Origin: an uncultured delta proteobacterium
GTDB taxonomy: Bacteria > Myxococcota_A > Polyangia > Polyangiales > Polyangiaceae
DNA: 64,000 nucleotides
Assembly (NCBI GenBank): GCA_963841435.1
Contig: CAWJCS010000006.1
Span: 1,024,001-1,088,000 of the forward strand
Reading direction: 5' to 3'
Part shown: positions 9,714 to 16,951 of the stretch, piece after piece
How the letters are laid out: the number at the start of each line of letters is the position of its first letter
How positions within the stretch are numbered: position 1 is the first letter of the stretch
The notes under the pieces: generated by a model
Databases searched by the model: none
What the model was told of the DNA's origin: nothing
What the model saw: the letters and a program-made list of their open reading frames with translations, nothing else
Made by a program: the position numbers and the translations under genes

Positions 9714-10757
9714 ATGTTCGGGCTGCCGCCGCTGCCGCGCAAGCTCGCTGCCGCCCTGACCGACGCGCAGAACCGGCGGGCCGACGTTCGGCTCTCTGCA
9801 CTCGGTGATCTCGTGCGCCTCACGCGCGTCGAAGCCGAACGCGACGCGGCGGTCAGTGGGCTCGAGGGGTTGCTCGCGGGCGACCCGAGCCCCGAGCTCC
9901 GCGCCGCCGCCGCCATGGGGCTCGCCGACGCCGAGGCGAGCGTCTCGCTGCCGGCCCTCGCGCGGGCGCTCGACGACGGCAACGCTCGCGTGCGGCAGAT
10001 GGCCGTGCTCGCGTTCGGGGAGCTCGCCGACCCCGGCGACCGCGCAGGCGCCGCGCGCGTCGAAGCCCTGCTCGCGGCGGCGGAACCGCCCGTACGCTTT
10101 CAGGCCCTCATCGCGTTCGTGAGGCTTTGCCCGGAGCGAGCCACACCGGCGCTGCTCGCCGCGAGCGAGGACGCCGACGACGAGATCCGAGCGATGGCGT
10201 ATCGCCTCGCGGCGAGCACCTTCGACGGCGACGTCGAGGCGCCCGCGTCGCTCGTCGCGAGAGCCGAACGAGCGCTGGGCGAGACCTCGGACGCCGCGCG
10301 CGCTGCTGCGGCGATCTTCCTCGCGCGGCGGGGCCTCGAGAAGGCGGAGCCCGTGATCGTCGGCGTGATCGACGGCAGCGTGCGCGTCGCCGAAGAAGCG
10401 GATCGGCTCCGCGCCATCGAGGTCGCCGCCGAGCAAGGTATCGAGCGGGCACGCAGAGCGCTCGTGCAGCGCGCCTTCGGCCCGTTCCGGCGGCGGTTCG
10501 GCGCGCTTTCGTGGCACGCGCTCGTCGCCGCAGCGTCGCTCGGCGACGAGCGCGCCCGGCACGCCATTTTGCGCGATCTCGCGGCGTGGACGCGCGAGAC
10601 GCGCACGCTCGCCGTCGTGGCGGCTGGTCGCGCGGGCCTCCACGAGGCGCTGGGAGCCATCCAGGGTTTCGTCGGCAACCCCTCCCGCGCCGACCCCGAG
10701 GCCGTCAACGAGGCACTGCGCGCGCTCGGCCATCGCGGAGCGACCGACGCTGGTTGA
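9714..10757 (+). CDS. HEAT-repeat protein
   Basis: Repeated D.D.xVR..A..ALG-type motifs. Confidence 0.8.
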   Translation: MFGLPPLPRKLAAALTDAQNRRADVRLSALGDLVRLTRVEAERDAAVSGLEGLLAGDPSPELRAAAAMGLADAEASVSLPALARALDDGNARVRQMAVLAFGELADPGDRAGAARVEALLAAAEPPVRFQALIAFVRLCPERATPALLAASEDADDEIRAMAYRLAASTFDGDVEAPASLVARAERALGETSDAARAAAAIFLARRGLEKAEPVIVGVIDGSVRVAEEADRLRAIEVAAEQGIERARRALVQRAFGPFRRRFGALSWHALVAAASLGDERARHAILRDLAAWTRETRTLAVVAAGRAGLHEALGAIQGFVGNPSRADPEAVNEALRALGHRGATDAG

Positions 10758-10789
10758 AGCGGCGCGCCCGCCCGGATACGCTGCCACGC

Positions 10790-11119
10790 ATGACGGGCGA
10801 CGGCACGATTGAACCGGGGCTCGCGTTCGAGATCACCAAGCTTCTCCTGCAGGCCGTTTGGGCGGACGGGGAGGTGGCCGACGAGGAGGCCGAGGCCCTG
10901 CACGACTACGCCGTGCGCGCGGGCGTCGACCCCGTGGCTCTCGAGTCGCTCGACGCGTGCCTCGCGGGGCAGCAACCGCTCGTGCTGCCGAATCTAGGAC
11001 TGCTCAAGGGGCATCGTACGGAGGTGCTCCGCGCCGTCCGCAAGCTCGTCACCTCCGACCAGCGCATTCACGAGGAGGAGGAGGCGCTCGTCGACCAAAT
11101 CGTGGCGCTGCTCAGGTGA
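10790..11119 (+). CDS. TerB-like protein
   Basis: LLLQAVWADGEVADEE...SDQRIHEEE TerB signature. Confidence 0.75.
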   Translation: MTGDGTIEPGLAFEITKLLLQAVWADGEVADEEAEALHDYAVRAGVDPVALESLDACLAGQQPLVLPNLGLLKGHRTEVLRAVRKLVTSDQRIHEEEEALVDQIVALLR

Positions 11120-11125
11120 CCCGAC

Positions 11126-12217
11126 GTGGCGGCCCCCGACAGAGCTGACGCACCGTTCGCGCTGATCTCGAGCGACGGCGAGCTCGCGCCGGGGCAAAGC
11201 TCGTCGCTTTCGGCGCGCAGCCGGCTCTCGCTCTACCGTCACATGCTGCGCGCGCGGCGCCTCGACGAGCGCCTGAGCGCTCTCACGCGAAACGGGGCAA
11301 TCGGATTCTTCGGCTCGAGCCTGGGACAGGAAGCCGTGCCCGTGGCCGCGACGCTCGCCGTGGACGCCGAGGACTGGATCTTCCCCGCGCTGCGCGAAAG
11401 CGCCGCGCTGCTCGTTCGCGGGCTCCCCCTCGAGCTATTGCTCGCCCAGTCGTTCGGCAGCGCGCGCGACTTCGCAAAGGGTCGCCAGATGCCGAACCAC
11501 GCGTTCAGCGCGGCGCACCGCGTGGTCTCGTGGTCGAGCTGTATCGCGACTCAGCTGCCGCACGCCGTCGGCATGGCCTGGGCGGCGAAGCTCAGGCGCG
11601 AGCCGCGCATCGCGCTCGCGTTTCTCGGCGACGGGGCCACGAGCCACCCCGACTTTCACGCCGCGCTCAATTTCGCCGGTGTGTACCGGCTGCCGGTCGT
11701 GTTCGTCTGCCAGAACAACCAGTACGCGCTGAGCGTTCCGGCCGCTCGCCAGACCGCCTCACGGAGCTTCGCCATCAAGGCGCGCGCCTACGGCGTCGGC
11801 GAGGCGCTCGTCAACGGCAACGACGCGCTCGCCGTGCATCAGAAGGTGGAGCAGGCCGCGGCCCACGCGCGGAGCGGCAGCGGGGCGACCCTCGTCGAGT
11901 GCGTCACCTACCGGCGGGGACCGCATTCGTCGAGCGACGACCCCGCGCGCTACCGCAGCGCCGCCGAGGAGGCAGCGTGGGCGGCCCGTGACCCCATTCT
12001 TCGCCTCGGGCGACATCTCACCCGCGAGGGTTTCCTCGATCCGGTGCTCGAGTCCCGCCTCGTCACGGCCATCGACGATGAGATCGACGCGGCCCTCGCC
12101 GTCGCGGCTGCCGATGGCCCGCCGGTTCGCGAGACCTTGTTCGACGACATCTACGAAACCCGCCCCTGGCACCTCCGGGAGCAGGCCGACGGCGTGGAAA
12201 TCGGCACACAGTATTGA
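11126..12217 (+). CDS. 2-oxoacid (pyruvate/branched-chain) dehydrogenase E1 alpha subunit
   Basis: GQEA, KGRQMPNH, TPP motif GDGATS...NNQYA, YRRGPHSSSDDP. Confidence 0.92.
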   Translation: MAAPDRADAPFALISSDGELAPGQSSSLSARSRLSLYRHMLRARRLDERLSALTRNGAIGFFGSSLGQEAVPVAATLAVDAEDWIFPALRESAALLVRGLPLELLLAQSFGSARDFAKGRQMPNHAFSAAHRVVSWSSCIATQLPHAVGMAWAAKLRREPRIALAFLGDGATSHPDFHAALNFAGVYRLPVVFVCQNNQYALSVPAARQTASRSFAIKARAYGVGEALVNGNDALAVHQKVEQAAAHARSGSGATLVECVTYRRGPHSSSDDPARYRSAAEEAAWAARDPILRLGRHLTREGFLDPVLESRLVTAIDDEIDAALAVAAADGPPVRETLFDDIYETRPWHLREQADGVEIGTQY

Positions 12218-12269
12218 GGAACGAGCACGGGTCTTGTGAGGCGCCGGGCGGTAAGGTAGTCGGGCGCCC

Positions 12270-13676
12270 ATGGAAACGACCTACGACGTCATCGTTCTCG
12301 GAGGTGGTCCCGGTGGCTACCCCTGCGCCATTCGCCTCGGGCAGCTCGGGCTCAAGGTCGCGTGCGTGGAAGAGGAAGAGTACGGCGGCGTCTGTCTCAA
12401 CTGGGGTTGCATCCCGTCCAAGGCGCTGATCGCCAACGCGCACTTCGTCGAGAAGTCGCGTCACGTCGCCGACTTCGGCATCGCGGTCAACGGTGTCTCG
12501 GTGGACGTTCCGCGCATGCAGGAGTGGAAGGGCGGCATCGTGAAAAAGCTGACGGGCGGCGTGCGCTCGCTGCTCAAGGCCAATGGCGCGGCGATCGTCG
12601 AAGGGCGCGGTCGCTTGACCGACGCCAAGACCGTCGAGGTCGCGCAAAAGGGTGGTCAGACCACGAAGCTCACGGCGAAAAAGGCGATCGTCATCGCTAC
12701 GGGCTCGGCGACGATCCAGGTGCCGGGCTTCGAGTTCGACGGCCAACGCGTGATCGGCGCGCGCGAGGCCGTGAGCCTCCCGCAGATCCCGAAGCGCCTC
12801 GTCGTGATCGGGGGCGGCGTGATCGGGCTCGAGCTCGGCATGGTGTACCAGAGCTTCGGTGCCACGCTCACGGTGGTCGAGCTCACGCCCGAGCTCTTGC
12901 CGGGGACGGACCCCGACTGCGTGCGCATCGTCGAGAAGAACATCGTGAAGCGCGGGGGCACGGTGCTGAAGGGCGCGCGCGCGGAGAGCTTGGAAAAGAA
13001 GCCGGACAGCGTCGTCGTCAACGTGGCTGCCGCCGACGGGCCGAAGAAGATCGAGTGCGACGTCGTGCTGGTCGCCGTGGGCATGAAGCCGCGCGGCAAG
13101 GGTATCGGCCTCGAGGAGATCGGCGTCACGGTCGACCAGCGCGGCTTCGTTCCCACCAACGATCGCTGCGAGACCAACGTGCCCGGCATCTACGCCATCG
13201 GCGACGTGAGCGGCCCGCCCATGCTCGCTCACAAAGCTTCCAAGGAGGGCGAGGTGTGCGCCGAGGTGATCGCCGGCAAGGCCGCCGCCAAGGACTGGGT
13301 CACGATCCCCGGCATCATCTTCACCGATCCGGAGATCGCGACCGTGGGCATCACCGACGCCCAGGCCAAGCAGCAGGGTCTCACGGTGAAGGTGGGGCGC
13401 TTTCCGTTCTCCGTGCTCGGCCGGGCGATGAGCATCGGCGAGACCGACGGGTTCGTGAAGGTCGTGACGGAGCAGAAGACGGGCCGCGTGCTCGGCATCC
13501 ACATCGTGGGGCCGAACGCGAGCGATCTCATCAGCGAGGCGGCGCTCGCGCTCGAGGTGGCCGCCACCGCCGAGGACATTGCGCTCACGGTGCATCCGCA
13601 CCCGACGCTCGGCGAAGCCTTGATGGAGGCGGCGGCGCACTCGATCGGCCACGCCATCCACATCGCGAACCGCTGA
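12270..13676 (+). CDS. lpdA: Dihydrolipoamide dehydrogenase (E3)
   Basis: GGGPGGY, GGVCLNWGCIPSK, GGGVIGLE, MLAHKA, HPHPTLGE. Confidence 0.97.
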   Translation: METTYDVIVLGGGPGGYPCAIRLGQLGLKVACVEEEEYGGVCLNWGCIPSKALIANAHFVEKSRHVADFGIAVNGVSVDVPRMQEWKGGIVKKLTGGVRSLLKANGAAIVEGRGRLTDAKTVEVAQKGGQTTKLTAKKAIVIATGSATIQVPGFEFDGQRVIGAREAVSLPQIPKRLVVIGGGVIGLELGMVYQSFGATLTVVELTPELLPGTDPDCVRIVEKNIVKRGGTVLKGARAESLEKKPDSVVVNVAAADGPKKIECDVVLVAVGMKPRGKGIGLEEIGVTVDQRGFVPTNDRCETNVPGIYAIGDVSGPPMLAHKASKEGEVCAEVIAGKAAAKDWVTIPGIIFTDPEIATVGITDAQAKQQGLTVKVGRFPFSVLGRAMSIGETDGFVKVVTEQKTGRVLGIHIVGPNASDLISEAALALEVAATAEDIALTVHPHPTLGEALMEAAAHSIGHAIHIANR

Positions 13677-13788
13677 CGCGCGGCAGCTGGCTTCGGGCGC
13701 TCCGCATCCGGATGGGGCGTTGCGGCGGCCGGGGCGGGCCCGGCGCCCACGCTTTGAGCGCTCCCGAAAGGCGTGGCATCTTCGACCC

Positions 13789-14523
13789 ATGGGCATCTTC
13801 GACCGCGTGGGCAGCGTCATCTCGTCCAATTTCAACGCGCTCCTCGATCAGCTCGAGGATCCGAAAAAGTCGGTCGAGGCGACGCTCTCCGGCATGCGCG
13901 ACCAGATCCGCGCCGCGCGCCGCGAGGTCGTGAGCGCCGTCGCGGCGGGCAAGCAGCTCGAGCGGCGCGTCGAGGAGCTCGGGCGCGAGGCCGACAAGTG
14001 GCAGCACCGCGCCGAGCTTGCCGTGCGCCACGGCGACGACGACCTCGCGCGCGAGGCACTGTTTCATCACCGGCGAGCGCAGAGGGAGCGCGATCAGGCG
14101 GAGGCTCAGCGCGGCGAACAGCGCGCGTCGGCGGTCGAAATGAAGAAGGAGCTCGAGCGGATGGAGCAGCGCGTGGGCGAGCTCGACAAAAAGAAGGGCA
14201 CGCTCGCCGCGAAGCTCGGCCAGGCGAAGGCCGGTGGCGGCCCCGAGGCGCTCGGCGCGCGCGGCGCGGGTCCAACGGCGTTCGAGGAGTTCCGCCGCAT
14301 GGAGGATCAGATCGAAGCCGTGGAGACGGCGGCGCAGGCCCAGCGCGAGATCGAGGACGCTCTCGGTGGCGGGCGCGGCCCGGCGGGCCTCTCGGCGAGC
14401 GAGGTGGAGGCGCGCTTTCGCGCTCTCGAGAGCGGCCAGAGCCCCAAGGCCGAACGCGAGGGCGAAGGCGACGTTGAGGCCGAGCTCAGCGCGCTCAAGA
14501 AGCGCATTCGCATCGAGACCTGA
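13789..14523 (+). CDS. pspA: PspA/IM30 family protein
   Basis: MGIFDRV..VISSNFN.LLD.LEDP, GDDDLAREAL, coiled coil. Confidence 0.88.
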   Translation: MGIFDRVGSVISSNFNALLDQLEDPKKSVEATLSGMRDQIRAARREVVSAVAAGKQLERRVEELGREADKWQHRAELAVRHGDDDLAREALFHHRRAQRERDQAEAQRGEQRASAVEMKKELERMEQRVGELDKKKGTLAAKLGQAKAGGGPEALGARGAGPTAFEEFRRMEDQIEAVETAAQAQREIEDALGGGRGPAGLSASEVEARFRALESGQSPKAEREGEGDVEAELSALKKRIRIET

Positions 14524-14535
14524 GCGGCCGAGCCG

Positions 14536-15054
14536 TCACGTTTCGGGCGCGCCCGAGCTCGAGCTGACGAATCCCACCGATTCACCGAGCTCGTCGCGCG
14601 GCTCGCGCGATGCGGACCTCGCCTGGCTCGCGAGCCACGCTTCGAGTCGGGATGCGACGGCGATGCCGACGAGCATCGTCGCGACGAAGCCCAGGGCTCC
14701 TGCGCCGCCGGAAGCCAGGGCGACGACGCTCGGCCCCGGGCAGTAGCCGGCGAGCCCCCAGCCGACGCCGAAAATCGCGGCGCCCACGAGCAGCCGGGCG
14801 TCGATGGGCCCCTTGACCGCGAACGAGCTACGCGCGCTCGACGGCGGCGCGCTCTTCGTCAACGCTCGCACTCCGAGCGCGTGCACGCCGATGGCCCCGA
14901 CCATCACCAAGGCGAGCGAGGGGTCCCAGGCACCCGCCAGATCGAGGAAGCCGAGCACCTTTTCGGGTTGGGTCATCCCGCTCAGCAAGAGCCCGACGCC
15001 GAACACGGCGCCGCTCGCGAGCGAGGCGAGAGCGACCTTGCTGGCGTGGCTCAT
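14536..15054 (-). CDS. YeeE/YedE-family (DUF6691-type) sulfur-transport membrane protein
   Basis: FGVGL..SGMTQPEKVLGFLD..GAWDPSL, FGVGWGLAGYCPGP. Confidence 0.88.
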   Translation of the reverse strand: MSHASKVALASLASGAVFGVGLLLSGMTQPEKVLGFLDLAGAWDPSLALVMVGAIGVHALGVRALTKSAPPSSARSSFAVKGPIDARLLVGAAIFGVGWGLAGYCPGPSVVALASGGAGALGFVATMLVGIAVASRLEAWLASQARSASREPRDELGESVGFVSSSSGAPET

Positions 15055-15479
15055 GGTCCGCCACCGAGCAGGTGAGCGAGCGACGCGGTCAGCATGCCGG
15101 TCGCGACGAACGTCACGGTGGCGACGAGCGAGCGCACGGACCCTCGGCTCAAGCCGCACACGCCGTGGCCGCTCGTGCAGCCGCTGCTCAGGCGCGTGCC
15201 CATTCCCACGAGGAACCCGCCGACCAGCAGCGTTCCGAGGGTCCGAGGTGAAGCGGCAATCGCGTTCGAGCCGGCCAGAATCGAAACCGCGCCAGCGGCG
15301 AGCAAGCCTGTCACGAACAGAAGTCGCCAACGTACGTCGCCCGGCCGCGGGACGGCGAGCCCTGCGACGATGCCGCTCACGCCGGCAATGCGGCCCGTGA
15401 GCGCGAGCAACAAGGTGGCGGCGAGGCCCAGCAACGCGCCGCCGGCCAGCGCAGCTATGGGAGTGAAGGTCTGGGTCAT
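15051..15479 (-). CDS. YeeE/YedE-family sulfur-transport membrane protein
   Basis: GRIAGVSG, GTRLSSGCTSGHGVCGLSR. Confidence 0.9.
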   Translation of the reverse strand: MTQTFTPIAALAGGALLGLAATLLLALTGRIAGVSGIVAGLAVPRPGDVRWRLLFVTGLLAAGAVSILAGSNAIAASPRTLGTLLVGGFLVGMGTRLSSGCTSGHGVCGLSRGSVRSLVATVTFVATGMLTASLAHLLGGGP

Positions 15480-15544
15480 CCGGGCCGGCTCCGTTACGAC
15501 GTCCGCGGGAGCGTTTCAAGTCGGGCGGCGCAAACGGCGCCGGC

Positions 15545-16750
15545 CTAACGCCCCGGCCGGCCGCCGGTCGCGGCGCCGGTCGTGAACGTCCACTCGAAAT
15601 GCAGCGGCGATGTGTCGCGGGTCGCCTCGATGGCGACGCGGTAGGTGGTGTTCGCCGTGAGCGGCGCGTCCGTGTAGAGCACCTTCGCGTAGTCGGGTAG
15701 GGTGGGGTCGTCGCTGTCGAGCCACTGGTGCATGAGCTCCTCGGTCGTTCCATCGACGACGATGGAATGGCTCGAGACGGTGATGCTTTTCGCGTAGAGC
15801 GTCACGGGAAATCCGCTCGGCCAACCCGTGGCGGGCATGGGTGGCTCGGGGCCTTCGCGGCTGCCGTCGAAGGACGTTGGCACGCCGGTTTGATCGGCGT
15901 ACGGGTAGAAGGCCGTGACGTTGGCGGCGGTCATCGCGCCGGTGCCGTAGTCGATCGTGTCGCAGCCGTCACCGAAGCCGTAGCCGAGCTCGCGTGTCCA
16001 GGGATCCAGCACGGGAGTGCGGTGATACACCGAGTTGACGAACATCATGGTCGAGGTCACCGGGTCACCGGCGAACGCCATGCATTCGGAACCGCCGCGT
16101 CCCGTGTAGCCGGCGGCGCGCATCCGATCGCCGAGACCTGCGCCGGTGAACCCAGGGCAGCCCATGATTTCGTTGTGGGGGCTCGGCGCCTCGCACATCG
16201 CGTCGCCCTGGTTCTGAACGTAGTAGTCGCAGTGGTTTTGGGCGCTCGTGATGAGCTCGGCGACGAGCGTGGCGCAGTCGAGGCCCATGGCGAGCCTGAG
16301 CTCGTTCTCCGTGTTCAGTGCGACGACGGCTTCGTCGGGGACGCCCACGGGAGGGGCCGGGCACGAATCGAGCCCTGGCGTCGTGCCGCCCGTGCCCGCG
16401 TCACCGGCAGCGCCCGCTCCCGCGCTGCCCGCGGTACCGGCACCACCAACGCCCGCGGTTCCCGCGTCCCCGGCGCTCGCTCCGCCGCTCGCGAGCCCGG
16501 CTCCACCGGCGGCTCCGCCGCCGAGGCCTGCCGCCCCCGCACCGGACTGACCGGCGACGCTACCGGCGCTCCCGCCCGCTCCCGCTGCCGTCCCAGCCTG
16601 CCCGCCGCTTGCCGCGGCGCCGCCTTGTCCGCCGCTCGCGCTCATCGTTCCGCCGGAGCCGCCGGTGCTCGGAATGCCGAGATCGTCTTGCCCGCTGCTG
16701 CAACCGAGCAGTGGGGTCAGGGCCAGTAGAAACCACGGCGTATGGCGCAT
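15545..16750 (-). CDS. CAP (SCP)-domain lipoprotein with Gly-rich linker
   Basis: Lipobox LLGC; N.LR...GL, SAQNHCDY, H.E...PGFTG, NSVYHR; Ig-like C-terminus ending WTFTTG. Confidence 0.82.
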   Translation of the reverse strand: MRHTPWFLLALTPLLGCSSGQDDLGIPSTGGSGGTMSASGGQGGAAASGGQAGTAAGAGGSAGSVAGQSGAGAAGLGGGAAGGAGLASGGASAGDAGTAGVGGAGTAGSAGAGAAGDAGTGGTTPGLDSCPAPPVGVPDEAVVALNTENELRLAMGLDCATLVAELITSAQNHCDYYVQNQGDAMCEAPSPHNEIMGCPGFTGAGLGDRMRAAGYTGRGGSECMAFAGDPVTSTMMFVNSVYHRTPVLDPWTRELGYGFGDGCDTIDYGTGAMTAANVTAFYPYADQTGVPTSFDGSREGPEPPMPATGWPSGFPVTLYAKSITVSSHSIVVDGTTEELMHQWLDSDDPTLPDYAKVLYTDAPLTANTTYRVAIEATRDTSPLHFEWTFTTGAATGGRPGR

Positions 16751-16805
16751 GACCGTTAAGTGTCTCGAGAGCGCGCGCTCGGGGCGAAAATCGGGATGAG
16801 GACCC

Positions 16806-16838
16806 GTGCAAGCTCTTGCACGATGCAGCGCCTTGCAC
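16806..16838. promoter_or_regulatory. Tandem TGCA-N6-TGCA sites, putative enhancer for a sigma-54 activator
   Basis: GTGCAAG-CT-CTTGCAC (7-bp inverted repeat, 16806-16821) followed by ATGCAGCGCCTTGCAC (16823-16838), 17-bp period. Confidence 0.55.
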
Positions 16839-16903
16839 GCGTCGGCGGTGCGCGGGCGTGCACGTCGATCGACGCACCCGCGCAAATCACGGCGATTCAT
16901 GCA

Positions 16904-16919
16904 CGGCACAGCCCTTGCT
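16904..16919 (+). promoter_or_regulatory. Putative sigma-54 (-24/-12) promoter
   Basis: CGGCACAGCCCTTGCT matches YGGCAC-N5-TTGCW; SD GGAGGAG and ATG at 16952 follow. Confidence 0.7.
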
Positions 16920-16951
16920 CTTCCCAGGTCGAACCCACGGAGGAGAACGAC

